DNA from: Podarcis erhardii
Lineage: Eukaryota
DNA: 64,000 nt
Assembly (NCBI GenBank): GCA_964252035.1
Contig: OZ176202.1
Reading direction: 5' to 3' (one strand)
Below, piece after piece: positions 1 through 13,371 of the stretch. The notes below the pieces were generated by a model. That model was given only the letters and a program-made list of their open reading frames with translations. It was not told where the DNA came from and made no database searches. A program made the position numbers and the translations under genes. Position 1 is the first letter of the stretch. Every line of letters starts with the position of its first letter.

Positions 1-250
1 ACGGCCCAGGAAGAAGAAGAGATCAACATTTTCCAACGTTACACCATTGAGTTGGAATTGTGGTGCTGCAGAGGGGTTGTTTTGTGCTTTGGTTTTTTGG
101 ATGTTGAGCGATAGACCAAGCTTTCCGTAAGCTTATGTGAAGATATTTAGGATGATTGGGAGGTCATTCTCTGAGTTGTCATCAGAAAACTGAAGCTCTA
201 TGACGGAAGTTATGATAATGCTGACAATGATAGAAGAGGGATCGAACTAA

Positions 251-337
251 GGCTGCAAGCCTAACTCCATTACCTGAAAGTAAGCTCCACTGAATTCACT
301 TGAAATTACTTCTGAGTAGACATGGTTAGAATTGTGC
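251..337. mobile_element. Old palindromic MITE-like squamate repeat (degenerate)
   Basis: Imperfect inverted structure GAAAGTAAGCTCCACTGAATTCACTTGAAATTACTTCTGAGTAGACAT. Related degenerate copies lie near 41255-41325 and 59080-59135. No TSD is visible. Confidence 0.35.
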
Positions 338-3300
338 AGTAAGACATGGATGCTTGAGGAATTTGATCTTGGCAAATTCTGAAAATTACTAACTTGATTC
401 TTGCTACCCAGACTAATGTGAGGATTGGATATTAGTTATCCACTAGCTTTGACAGTTGGCAAATGTTTATTTATTTTTTATGCATTTATTTATTTCAGTA
501 ATCTATCTACTGGTCAATAACAGTGATCTCTGTATGGTGTACAAGAACAAATGTTCTGATAGATTTCTCAACTAGAAAAAGTGTTATTATGTGTTTAGAA
601 ATACACTGATTTTGGGAGGGGGAGTTTAGAAATGTGCATTTTTGAGAGAAATGCATATTTAAATCGAAATTTAATTGTAGGAATGAGAAAGAAATCATTT
701 ATGGGTAAACACACCCAAAAAGGATATTGAAACATCTAATCAGATAATGTTGCAAAAACGTTTGGTTCTTTGTGAGATGCAAAGGTTTGGTTGGTGGTAC
801 AGATAGAATAGAATAGCATAAAACATGACAAATGTTATGTTGAAGATTTTGCATAATCTCCTTGCATTATTTTTCCATCAGAATAATGGTGGGTCTACAT
901 GTATCATATGACAGAAGCATCTCAAACTTGTTTTAGTGAAATACATGGTTTCCTATGTAAGTAGCTTTGAGGATCACAGCCCAAAATAAATGATATGCTT
1001 TAAATAAAGCCATCAAGGGACTGTGGCAATTTACTGTAGCAGACAACTCAACACTTAACTGCCATTCCAGACTGTAAAAGTTAAATCTCTCCATGCTTTT
1101 CATAATTGTACTGGCCTGATACCATATTTACAGATGAACATGCCAGTAAAACAACTATTTATGGATGCTGAGCCGTCTGTTCTGTTATTTCTGCTGCGTT
1201 TCTGGTGAGCCCATAATTAAACTTCAAGGCGGCATCCTTTTTTTTCTCATGTCTCCATATAAAATAATTGCAGGGTACATTCTTGATTAGTTGCACAGAG
1301 TTTAAATGAATAAAGAAAGAAAAATGACACCGGTATATTTACCATTGTCATATGTAGAGATTAATAATGGCGCCTAGGAATCTTATAGTTTGGGACTCAG
1401 TTACAACTTAACATTCAGAAATAAAAAGGATGTTTACACTGATTCTATGTGCTATGAGTGCCTATATGTATGATATGCATAGTCCCTTCAATGTAAAGAA
1501 AGAATGTAAGAGGAAAGTAACCCCAAACCTTGAGAAAGTGTATCACATCTGCATTTTTTCTGAGTGGGTAAAGGTGAGGCTTATATGAAAGGATATTTGC
1601 TGAACAGCCCAGTGCTCTGCAAGACCCTACGAACAGCTGATCACTGCCACTTTGTAAGCTGTGCTTTTGCCTGCACTGTTTGATTTCAAATCATCTGGGG
1701 GGAACTGAGGTGTCAGGTGAAAGCTGTGACACTCCAAGGTGTCAGCTCCCTGTATCTATCAAATATGGCCTGCAGGGGCTGGGAGAAAGAATGATCTGTT
1801 CCCCACCTCTGGTTTATGGTGTCAGATTGTTTCAATGAATCATGGTTGACTTGTTTCAATAAGCCATGGTTAGGATACACCACTCAGACTTAATACTAAA
1901 TTGTGGTTTACTGAAAACAGAAGTAAAATCTTCCACTTTCCTTGTGGCCATGATGAAGAAGTAGAAGGAAGGGGGGGTGCAGAAACATGACCCTTCTGCA
2001 TGTAATCTTAAACCAGTGGTAGAGAAGCTATACCTGTCCAGGTATTGCGGTATACTAATACCCACCAGTCACAATTCAGCATGGACAATGAACAGCAATA
2101 TCTGAAGGGCCATAAGTCCCTCATCCAAGCACTAAACCATTGTTTAGCATTGCATCTGAAACCAAAGCACTGTGGCTCTAGCTTTGGCAGTACTTGTCCA
2201 TTCAACCTTTCTAGCTGTGTGCTTTGTTCAGTAGTGAGACAGCCTCATTCATATGTTGGCTTTCTTACAACTATGCTGGCAATTGTTGGCTATCTGTTGG
2301 CACATTTCCAAAGGGACTACTGCCCCTCTGTGTTCTGAGGGGGCCCTTCCATTTCACACTCCTAGGTACCTCATCTGTCTTCAGTTATTTCTGCTGCAAC
2401 CCCTTGTGTGTTGCATTAGTTTGCCATTGGTTTTCTTTATGTTGCACCATTGCATATTTCAATTAGGTAGTTGTGTTAGTCTGTTACAGCATATATATTT
2501 TTAAATAGCAGCCTATTTATTGTGACAATGTGATGTAAGCTTTCATGAACCAGAGGTCACTTTGCCAGTCAATAAACATGCCAATAACACATTTGTTCAC
2601 ATAGCAAATGCAACACTGAACCTCCTTGAAAACTTGAATACCCCTGACAAATATCACAGCCAAGACAAAATTAGCAACGAAATACATTAAATGTTTTGAG
2701 AGCTTGTTGCTTCTTTGGGAATGCTTTCAGAATCCATTCTTACTCTGATAAGTAGTTTAGAACTGAGTACTGAACCACTCAGCAAAACTGCAGTTACAGC
2801 TGCTATCATGCAGATGAAAATAACTTTTCTTTATCTCAGAAAGGCTGGATTCATTCCATTTCTTTAAAAAAAAATATCTTGAGCAAATGCACTTCCCTGT
2901 AGTACTGTTAAGTGGCAGTGTTCAGAACTCACTTAGCATGCATTACAACACAAACTAGCTTAAAGTGACTAAATCCTCTATGTAAATGCCCTCCCTTTTT
3001 TTTAACTTCACCAACTTTCTGAGCTTGTTGTTGTTAGTTGGTGTATGGTGTGTATTGTTGCAGAATGGCCTCTTGGTTCACTTCTCCAGCCAAGACAAAC
3101 ATTAATCAAGGATGAATTCAACAGGGTTCCTTGAATTGCTAGTTGGTAAACACTTTTATTAGTAATAGGTTCCATCTGTTTAATGTTCAGCTTCCTTCAG
3201 TAGCAGTTGGTAGCAAAGCTGTTGAGTCACTTACTGAGCTTTCATTGGCATGATAAAAGTGGCGAAAATATCTTAAGCAGCCTCATGTTCAAATAAATGT

Positions 3301-3675
3301 CTATGTGGGAAGAATTCCAGATGTGCATCAGACACCCCGAAGAAGTCTCTACCCCTCCTCCCTTTAAAGCTGATTTGAAAGCCAGAGAAGTACAATTCAG
3401 ACATTTTCCTGAACATTTCAAAATGGGGCAAACTTCATTTCTCATTAATGAATTTTGAAATAGTTTGTGTGATATAAACCCCATCTTGCAGGATTTTTTT
3501 TTTCTTTTTAGCATTGCTGGAATTATTTAGTCTGGGAGTGGTCATGTGACCTGCAAAACCATGTACAAAAAACACCCAAAACACTCAAACAAACAAGCCC
3601 CCACAGCCCAAGATATTTAGGGTGTCCAGGGAGAAAGAAATCATCTGAAACCCTGGAGCACTGTTGCTGATCAGC

Positions 3676-3738
3676 AGAGACAATGCTGAGTTAAATGGAC
3701 CAATGTGCACAACTTGGTATAAGGCAGCTTCCTACGTT
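3676..3738 (+). mobile_element. 3' tail fragment of a CR1-type LINE or CR1-tailed SINE
   Basis: AGACAATGCTGAGTTAAATGGACCAATG...GGTATAAGGCAGCTTCCTACGTT resembles the recalled reptile CR1-type 3' end (GATGGACCAATGGTCTGACTCGGTATAAGGCAGCTTCCTATGTT). Confidence 0.5.
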
Positions 3739-4259
3739 AACCATTTGAGAGATCAGACTGGCAAACAGATTTGACATTGCATGGTTATTTAGATGCAATG
3801 GCATATGTTGAGAAACAGCACAATAAATGCATTAAGCAAAAAATATATAGTTCTGATATATTCCTCTGGACTGAAATAAAGTACACTGTAATTATCAGAG
3901 ATGGTGATTCAGTTTTGTTCCGAACATTGACATGATCTGACTGAGGTAGCCAACCTGTGTCTGAGCTGTACCACTTGACAATGCTCTTCCACTCAAACCA
4001 TTCGTGCCTTTTAGACAGAAAACTAGATGCAATTGAGAAGCGTTCTGGCCTATTATACTCTTTGAGCCCAGCCTGAACACAAATTTAGCACCACAGTGAG
4101 AACTAGACAATGCTATGCAGGTTTGGTTCACTATATTTTTCCAAGGTTCACAGATCCTTAAGTAGAACAGTGGTCCTTCCTTACACTTATTCTTCTATGC
4201 CTACCATCAGAAATTGTGAAAATTTGCTTTGCTTCTATATCCAGTTCTGGAGGATACAG

Positions 4260-4816
4260 TGTCATGAGTTCTGGGAAGGTGCTGGGCTCAGGAGTGGAGT
4301 GAGGAGACAGGAGGCTGGCATGCAAGGGGGTCAGACTGGGGAACAGAGCCTGGAGGAGACAGGTACTTCCTTCTCCAAGGATATGGTTGGAAAACTCCCC
4401 TCTTTCCTCCTGAGAAGAGGAGCACAGCAATAGAATATGGGGAGAACTTCAGCCCACTACCAGAAACTGAAGTCAGTAGGGGCAGTGAGCAACTTGGAAA
4501 GCATGAGAGCCTCTTGATTAAGTGTTCCTTGCCCTGTCTTTAAAAGCTTGGCAGATGGGCATGCCAACCAGTTGGGACAAGTCTGGTATTTCTGTGCCTC
4601 TCTTAACTCCTTGCTCTGATCTTGGACTCCTTAAAACAGGACTGTTGCTCCCAACCTGGCTAGCCATTCCTTTTCTATCATCTAGCATAGGCATCACAGT
4701 TTCTGTGACTCATTACATGTCACTGAACCTATAAACCTTGTCTGCTTCAATAAAGATATTTCCCTTACTCCCAAGTAAGAGCTTCTGCTGTCATAGTCTG
4801 GATGGGAGCTAGGGCA
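4260..4816 (+). mobile_element. Solo LTR (Gypsy/ERV-like), 557 bp
   Basis: Starts TG (TGTCATG) and ends CA (GGGCA). Flanked by a perfect 5-bp duplication TACAG (4255-4259 and 4817-4821). AATAAA lies near 4748 in the 3' part. Confidence 0.7.
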
Positions 4817-5024
4817 TACAGAGTATGAAAAACTGAAAAGGCATGGCACAAACATCACCTGAAAAGCTTTACAAGCCTGCTGCTGTACTTACAGTGTGCC
4901 TCTACAGGAAGTACTGTAGGCAGCATTGTCTTGGCAAAAATCAACTAAGTGTCCAGGAGAATCCATGGCAATCCATGTAGGCAGTGTCATTTTTGCTGAT
5001 TTCCTCTCAAAATAGCTCAAAAAC

Positions 5025-5103
5025 AGCACTTTTTGCGATTTTGCCAAAAAAGCTCAAGAACTTTTCTGTCCGGATTTTCACTGTTTGAAATATGGCAACC
5101 CTA
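5025..5103. mobile_element. Terminal fragment of a non-autonomous DNA transposon ending TATGGCAACCCTA
   Basis: The GGGTTGCCATA-type terminus is typical of recalled reptile non-autonomous DNA elements. The opposite end was not identified. Confidence 0.3.
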
Positions 5104-8100
5104 CCTGCAATTTGCAAAGCAAACTCCAACCTTAATAGAAAGCAGATACCTGCTTGGGAGTTTTGCAATGAAGTGGTAAATAAATTTCTCTAAATAAATA
5201 AATCTGGTAAGGTTTAGCCCAGAGGCAGCATCCCTTTCCTGAAGGGAATAACACCATTATATGCAATTTTATAGGATATAAAATTCTGTGTTGGGTGGGG
5301 GACAGCAAAATGAGGAATGATAATAATACAGAAAACAATCAGCACTTATAGTTGACCATTAAAAAACCAAATCAGTGTATGATATGCTAGTTAACAAGTT
5401 CATTCTTAAGGAAAACATTGCTTTCCAAAGTTGGAAGAGTGTGGAATGTTCCACACTTCAAAGTTTTTCTTCTTCTCTTTTTTGGGCTCTGTATGTAATG
5501 GCCTCAGCAGATTATTACACATCCAGACCACTGGTAAGAGAGTTAGGTTGTGCCGCAAAATTGACTTCCAGGCTTTCAAATCTGTCTGGAAAATGGATGC
5601 CCCCAGCCTAAAATGCAGAAGTTGGCCATTTCTGTAATAAATCTTTGCGAGAGGATTGGGATGTCAATGGTATTGCCTTAGAAGAGTCTTGAAACAGGGA
5701 TGTATAGACCCATAAAGCTCAAGTGTCTGCTGCTGATTTCTTGCTTTCACTCTAAGTATGAATGTGACCTTGGAGCTGCATTAACACAAAGAGGGAAATG
5801 GCCCACAGCCACCAGTAGTAAAGTCACCAGTGGGGCTTAGCCATTAATATATTGACCTGTACTGCTGAATATGCATGGGTTAGCCAGGACACAGCAGGTT
5901 GTGTCCTGAGAATGGACCCCCAAATAAGGGATGCAATGCATGACTTATATTTATAGAGAAAATGCCCACTCAAAACAACATGCTGCTTTGGATCGCAGCC
6001 CAAGACAAATATATACCATTTTACATTGGCTGCTGGTAAATAAATAATGCTGAAAGAATTAAGTAACCTTAAGCAGCTTTATATCTTTTCTGTGCTTGCC
6101 TTCCATTTATGTCTTGGTTTTGAGTCACAGAAACTCTGCAAGAGAGTATGGCAATAAAGGCCACATCAATAGTCATACATTTGAAATTTACAAGACACAA
6201 GAGATTGATCACACACTAAAACACTGCCTAGGCTTGTTGCTGCCTAAACTGTGAATAGTTTTATATGATTCTGCCTCATATTTAGATGGGATTCCAGCTG
6301 TTGCCTATATGTCTGATATTTAGTCAAATGGCTGTTCCTGGTTTTTAATGTTGTCAAGCTTCCTTGCTGAGGGAAGAGACACATACTGCAGATGGAGAAG
6401 TCAGTGAACCATCAAACTATTAAGTAAGAATAGGGAACAGTTTCTTTCTAGAACATATGCATGACAGTAAATAGCAACACAAATATATAGCTTTTTCCTG
6501 CACTGAAAACATGAAAGCATAAGTGTTCCTCTTTGATACCAGATACTGAATACTTTCTTACATGGAAACACAAAGAAACAGGAAACAGCAAATTTGAAAA
6601 TTGATTCCCCTGCCTTATTATGGTCAGCAGTAACGGCAGCAGAGATAGGTTTTAAAGCTATCATATTTTAAATTGATAGTAATTTTTTCTACTGGACTAC
6701 CCCCCCCCCCCGTTATCATCTCATACTTTCAGAGTATGAAAGACTTCCTTACTGTTCCAGCATTGGCAAATATCAATTAGATTTTGGGGAGTTACCAAGC
6801 AAAACAAATTAGATTAGCCATATTGCTGGGAGGGTGGGGGACTTACAGATCTTCTTTTACTCCAGCTCCCATGTCCCATGCAGCATGGTCACTGGTGAGT
6901 GATGATGAAATCTTGAGAGGGCAGAGGAGGCCTGGCGGGATGGTGCCCCAGGCCGCACAGTGTTGGGAGATGCTGTGAGCAGCAGGGCCCCCCCCCCACC
7001 AGCCCCCACCAATGTTGGACACAATTTGGTGCCTGTGAAATGACACAAGTTCATAGAAGATATGGCTGTTTCTTTCCCCCCTCATACAGCTGTTTAATGA
7101 AAGAGAATCAAATTTCATGTTATACGGCAACCAATGTTTATGATAGCCCCTTCTACATTGCAAAAATGCCCTGAGGAGGATAGGCTTTGCACTGAAATAG
7201 CATCTTCAGTTGGGGGAGTAGCATCTGCCCTGCTGACTACTTTCCATATGAAATTCTGTCCAATTGCCCCTCCCCTTAGCGTTGCACATTTGCATTTGAA
7301 AGATAGACATATTTCTGGGATGCCAGTGAGAGTTTCATGAGGAGAGCAGTTAGCAAGACAACAATGAAATACCTTTTCTCTCTCCAACCCTCTTTCCTTT
7401 TCAGACTGCAAAGCATCACTTTCCAAGGGCACTTTGAAACAAATAAGGATCCATTAGGCTCATGTAATAGGCAACTGCATTGCAATATATGGTTTTGCTC
7501 TATGATATCTATGTGGCAAATATAAACTGAGACTCGAGCATAGTCATCATAAAATATTATAATTCCTACTCATGTCACAATCAGGTGATATCCCGATACA
7601 TGTATGACAGTCTTAAAGATAAGTCATCAGCCTGTTGCTTAGGAACATTATGTAATATGTTATCTCCCTGGTCACAATTAAAAGTCATTAAACATCATAA
7701 TTTAGCAAGAAAATACTTGAACAGTTCCTTAGTTTCCTGATGATGCTTACAGTTCAATACAATGTTCTGTTCAGTTTTAGTCTGAAATCTTTGTGGTCAG
7801 TATTGCATCAATATTCCGTTTAATTGGCGCCTGCACAAAGTTTATGCAATAGAACTTTTTAGATATTGTCAGCAGTTTTCTTCAAAATCATTAAAAAGCC
7901 AACATGTAGTACTAATTTATCTTGGCTTTAATAATATGCAGAAGTTGAAGTCATTTAAAAGCAAAGCAAATGTCTTATTTGAATAGCTTTCCAGAGCAAT
8001 TTCAAGCCATTCTGGTGAGGAATTGCTGTTCTTTTGTAGTTGCATGCTACTTCGCTTAAAGAAATGAGTAGCTCCTTGTAAGCAGCCTATATAAATCTCT

Positions 8101-9442
8101 ATATTAAGCAAATGCCAGTTTTTATGGAAGTACTGGAAAAATCAGGCAAATGGCCAAAGTTTAGGGATGAAGTGAATACTTAAAAAGAGTGAAAGAGTGC
8201 AAGGGAAAGAATTATTGTATTCTGAAGTCCATTACTTAGGGAACAGTTTTAAATTTCAAAAGATGTTACAATTTAGCTTATCTTTTCAAGTGAGTTCAAA
8301 TGATTGAAGCAAACTGACATACAATCTAAAATTTAAACAGGGGAATGTGCATGAAAGCTTAATGAACAGTTTAAGGTATAACTTGTACTGCTTTTCTTTA
8401 CCATTTTACTTTTACAATTTAACATACATTTGCATATGATACCAGAACCATGAGAGTGTGGAGTTACTCAGAAACATTTCTCTTTCCCAGTCATCATCTA
8501 CATGATTGGTCCATATCACATGATACTGGTGTCTATCAGATCATGATATCACAAAGACACAGCTCCCACACTCATATAAATATATGCAAGTGGGACTATT
8601 CTTCAACAAAGTTTAATTCCTACTTATAAAATTCTCTTTATGTCTGTTTCCTTATTTGCTTAAACAGGTACTGTTTCTCTGTGTTGAAAAATGAACCTGC
8701 CAATAATGTAGTCTAACTGAAAAAGTAGAAGAATATAAACCTATTTTCAAGGAGTGTTGTAGGTTTCCTGTAGGGATTAGCTTCTCAGCCTTACTAATAT
8801 TTACCTACTGTGTTTTACAGAAATCGCTGACCTTGGTGCTTCTTCTTTGTTAGCACAAGTCAGAAAAGTTTAAATAAATCACCATCCCCCCTCAAACATT
8901 TAGCTATCAAGGATTAAGCAACAGGAAGAAGAAGGAAAGTTCTTCATCTGCAGAAATCTGAGTCATAGGCACAGCACAGCAATATTATGTAAATTTGTTA
9001 CAGTAAAAATAGCTTTGAACACAGGGCGTGCATTTTTTTTATTTTTTTTTAGCATTGGGGTGGAAAATGTGTAGTGGGTGTTCCTTACCCACATGTTCTT
9101 GAACAGATCATAAGATATAAAATGAAATATGACTTGCCTTTTCCATAATATTTAAATAATGTACATATTGCTCTGGGTGATTTATCTTTTCAACTATAAC
9201 TTGAATGACTAATTTATATCATAACGTTCCTTGAACTGGTGGACATGAACTGGGATATTATAGATTTCTCTGCTATTGATTCCTGTATATCATGGTTGCA
9301 TGATAGTCACAGAGCAGCTGCTTCTAATTTTAGGTTAATTATAAAACAGATTTGCTTGATTCTTTGCATAGCTTTAATGGTATAATTCATCCAAGCAAGG
9401 CCCCATCAGAAGCAAATACACTTTACAATATAGGACATAGAT

Positions 9443-9578
9443 CAGGCATAGGCAGACTTGGCCCTCCAGATGTTTTGGGACTACAACTCTTATGATCCCT
9501 ACCTAAGAGGACTAGTGGTCAGGGATGCTGGGAATTGTAGTCCCAAAACATCTGGAGGGCCAAGTTTGCCTATGCCTG
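9443..9578. mobile_element. Palindromic hAT MITE (136 bp)
   Basis: Long inverted arms CAGGCATAGGCAGACTTGGCCCTCCAGATGTTTTGGGACTACAA / TTGTAGTCCCAAAACATCTGGAGGGCCAAGTTTGCCTATGCCTG. The 8-bp TSD is ACATAGAT/ACAAAGAT (7/8). Confidence 0.85.
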
Positions 9579-11261
9579 ACAAAGATACTGTCTCTTTGTG
9601 CATGAATAGGTTGTTGTAAGCATAATGCTTCTTCATAGTTTCATATTAACCTATCCATTCTATGGGTATATAGAGTTTGAATCAACACTTTGTGTGCCGT
9701 GAATTAAGAGGTGAATCAGGGAACTTTGGAAATCACTCATGTTTCTGAGTCAGATAGTACCATTAATAAGGCATTTTGAGGTGGACCAAGGACTCCCTTA
9801 GATTCTGGGTGGCTCAGTAGTCTCAGTAACCCCCCCCCCCAAAAAAAATGCACAAACATTGTTTCTTCCTGAGAAACCTAAGCAAGCCTATTGGGTAAGT
9901 GGGGTGTGGGGGAATCTTCTGTTTTGAGAAAGAGGTCTAAGATCTCAACCACAGTGAATTATTTCCATCCCACTTGTCTGATGCAAATTAGCTGAGAGAA
10001 ACCACTTTCCTAGGGAGAAGCTACATCCCCAGAAATCACCACTTAGAAAGGAAGTTCCTTTTTTAAGGCTCCTTGGTTAAATATAGTCTAAATCGGCATG
10101 GATGTACAATGTGCAATTCCTGCTTGGTGCCACAATGATAATTAGCTATTAGTCTGTACTGGTGCCATACTTCAGAGGGCTTTGGGCATGGTCCCACCAA
10201 TGAGCCCTTTGCCAATCCTCCTTCCAACACAGCATCTCCTCTTTTTGGTGGTACCACTGATTCTCTCTCTTGCTTACCTTTCTGCCTCCTCTCTGACTTT
10301 AAAAAACAAAACAACCCCTACCTTTTTGTTGTTGCAATAACAGCAACAGCTAGAAAGACTTGTTAAACTTTTAAAGTTGGGGTTTGTTTGTTTTTAAGAC
10401 AAAGAGGTAAAGGCTGGAGGTGACCAGCTAGTCGGCTGCTGCAGATGGCAGCTGAGCCCAGTGGTGGCTGTTTGGGCCAGTGAGCATTTCTTATGAGCAG
10501 TGGGGCTTTGGCAGTGACTGACCTGGCCAGCCATGGTTGTTGGGCCTGCTACTAGCTGTGGTTTGGTGCAAATCGAAAAGGACTCAAATATTTGGTGGCA
10601 AAGTTAGAAAAATATATAGACAGAAGAAGAGAGAAAGAGGTCCTTAATTCCAAGATGACCCCTGACAAATGAGCGTGCTTGAGTAGTATGGAACTGACAC
10701 AGAACACCACACAGAGTTATTCACATACAAAACAGCAGTTATTTTTAACTTTTCCTGAGCAACAGCTCTGCCCACCAACAAATGTCTAAACTCTGTTGCA
10801 GGCTCCCACACCCTAGCATACTGGAAGTAGAATGCACTTCCTTTTATGATTTGTTGAGACAGAGCCATGGTACAAAGAAATATTTTTAATATTTTTAGTG
10901 TAACCTGTCCTGTTAAAAATAAGACACAAAACACATGGCCAGCAGTTCAATATGATGCATCTGTTTCTATACTGCAGGGATTGCAAATTCAGTGTCTGCA
11001 GGCACACGTATGCCCATGGAGGGCTTCCTTGGTATTGTACTTGCAGGGTCCCCACCACCACCGCAAAAAAATAATAATATTAATGTTCTGTTGTAACCTA
11101 GAATAGATTGGTTGTGGTGTGTATACTTGCAAAGTGCCTTGTGGGTCTTACTTAAACTATGCTTCTGAAACCTCCCAAAGTCGTTTAAAACAGAGAGTGT
11201 TTGTGAGAATCATGAGTGAGCAAAAGCAGAGAATCATATCTGGCCCGTTCACATTTATAAC

Positions 11262-11282
11262 TTCAGCACCCTGGATAGAGAT
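11262..11282 (+). promoter_or_regulatory. Candidate RE1/NRSE (REST) site
   Basis: TTCAGCACCCTGGATAG versus consensus TTCAGCACCnnGGACAG: left half perfect, canonical 2-bp spacer, one mismatch in the right half. Confidence 0.3.
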
Positions 11283-11905
11283 CTGAGCACTTTAGTAGAT
11301 TACCCAGCTGTCCAAAATGGACTTTTTGCCTTGCAAGCCTCTTTTAAAATAGTCACTTATCATCTTAAAACAGAACTAAAATTATAACATTATAGAATTC
11401 TACTGGCATTTGATGAAAAATGATGCTCAACCTGAACAAGACACCAGATCTGTAGCTTAGCTGCAAAAAACCTGTTTTCCAGTGGCCATCATTCTTGCTG
11501 AATAAGTTGCTCACCTCTGGTCTAAGAACTGCAAGGCGCAATCACCATTAAAGTAGCCTTGTGAGCACAATCTGTTATGGTTTAACAGGCTTTTATGTTT
11601 ATCCCTCCCCCCCCCCCCGATAATATTTTCAAATCAGACCTTGAAAATTCAGAAACTTTTTGCATTTGCTGTCTCTAGTCCAATTTACTGGATATCTCTG
11701 AGCGAGACAGATTCAATTACAGACCTGCCATGCAAACTTGGTGTGAAAGTTTGCACATAAGCCGTGAAAATATAGGTTTGCAGTTACATGTATTTTTATG
11801 AAAAGGAAGCTCAAAAAAAAAAAAGGAAAAAGGAAGAGGGTATACTGATTCCTTCCTCTGATGTAAGAAATATAAAGTTTCTCAAATAACAGCAAGGATG
11901 CGATA

Positions 11906-12047
11906 TAGCAATGTTCTTCAACCTTGGGTCCCCACATGTCGTTGGACTACAACTCCCATTATTCTTCATTATTTGCTAAGCTTCCTGGGGAAGATGGAAG
12001 TTGTAGGCCAAAAACATCTGGGAGCTGAAGGTTGAAGTAAGCTGCTA
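11906..12047. mobile_element. Older copy of the palindromic hAT-like MITE family
   Basis: Inverted ends TAGCA..CTTCAACCTT / AAGGTTGAAG..TGCTA around the GGACTACAACTCCCAT core shared with 9443 and 14279. Confidence 0.65.
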
Positions 12048-12420
12048 TGCATAGCATATAAAAATGACTCAGCTATGTGCCTGTGGAAATTCCATATTTG
12101 GGAAAGGATAGCTAAACAACAAAAACAACAACTCCCCCTGGTATCTTGTTCCAGGGATGATATTCTCCATGAATGGAATTCCACTTCATCTACCTGACGT
12201 GGCAGGGATGGACAGTGTTGCATCAGCACATGGACTGTAGTCACACACTCCATTAGCAGATATCAACAGAGTGCAAGGACAACCTAAATGTGCAGTACAT
12301 CTGGCCAGACCGCTTTCATGGTTTAGGGTTGAAGTGTAGGAGAATCTGGTTGCACATTACCCAAATAGGATTTTTTTTCGCGCTCAACCAAATTAGCACT
12401 CAGAGACTGCTTTTAATTTT

Positions 12421-12483
12421 TAACAACAACAACAACATATTTATACCCCACACATCTGGCTGGGTTTCCCTAGCCACTCTTCA
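12421..12483 (-). mobile_element. L2 LINE 3' tail fragment
   Basis: CATCTGGCTGGGTTTCCCTAGCCACTCT matches the 3' end of the L2 at 45085-45111. It is preceded by an (AAC)n tail. Confidence 0.65.
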
Positions 12484-12827
12484 TACTTTTTAAATCTAGG
12501 ATTTTGTGGTTAGTGCAAGGAGAAGCACTAACCTGCCTTAAGCTGGGTGAACCTGTCCAGCCCTGGTTTGGAGGCAATGCTACACCACTGTCAGGTATGA
12601 AGGAGATATACTCCCTGAGCCCAAAATTTCTAGGTGTGTGAGCTCCAAAAGAGTTCCTTCATCCATATTCCCATCCCAAAGACATGAATGGCAAATTCGG
12701 GGAATCTCCTTTCACCATCCTGGTGCTCACCAATACCAGTTCTAAAATTTGGCTCATTATTATTTACTTTGATCCCTTAGACTAGGGTGGAATCCTTGGT
12801 ACTTAACCCTCTAGTATATGTGTTGTA

Positions 12828-13069
12828 CAGTGGTACCTTGGGTTAAGAACTTAATTCATTCTGGAGGTCTGTTCTTAACCTGAAGCTGTTCTTAACCTGA
12901 AGCACCACTTTAGTTAATTGGGCCTCCCGCTGCCGCTGCGCTGCCAGAACACAATTTCTGTTCTCATCCTGAAGCAAAGTTCTTAACCCGAGGTACTATT
13001 TCTGGGTTAGCAGAGTCTGTAACCTGAAGCGTATGTAACCTGAAGCATATGTAACCCGAGGTACCGCTG
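12828..13069. mobile_element. Tc1/mariner (pogo/Tigger-like) MITE, family A, copy 1
   Basis: Structure TA|CAGTGGTACC ... GGTACCGCTG|TA with TA duplication. Homologous to the copies at 48685 and 58356, which are in the opposite orientation. Confidence 0.85.
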
Positions 13070-13134
13070 TATATATTTATATAGTATTTTGAGACATCTT
13101 TTGTTGTCTTGGTATTTTTTCTTGGATGGCTTAT

Positions 13135-13371
13135 CATAGTAGGTCCCCCCCCCCCCCCATTTTGATAAATTCATCCCAATATTAATAGAATGCAAGGAGG
13201 CCAAATTGAATAAAATGTGGTGGGGGGGCAGGTAAGCCCCACTCTGCATAACTGATCACATGATGTAGTGCATGCACACCATTTGAATGGCAATGCCCAT
13301 CAAAAAAATTGGAAGGGGGCACTCAAATATTTTATGGAAGGATCTTGGCCTCTAAGAGTTGGCTCCTATGA
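13135..13371. mobile_element. Non-autonomous DNA-transposon-like repeat (degenerate)
   Basis: Core GATCACATGA...CACCATTTGAATGGCAATGCCCATCAA and end GAGTTGGCTCCTATG resemble a recalled lacertid interspersed repeat. Left boundary is approximate. Confidence 0.4.

Noticed and set aside
1-80. TTGGAATTGTGGTGCTGCAG resembling the BovB ELWCW region
   Set aside because: The match is too short and the flanks do not align to the BovB copy at 56888.
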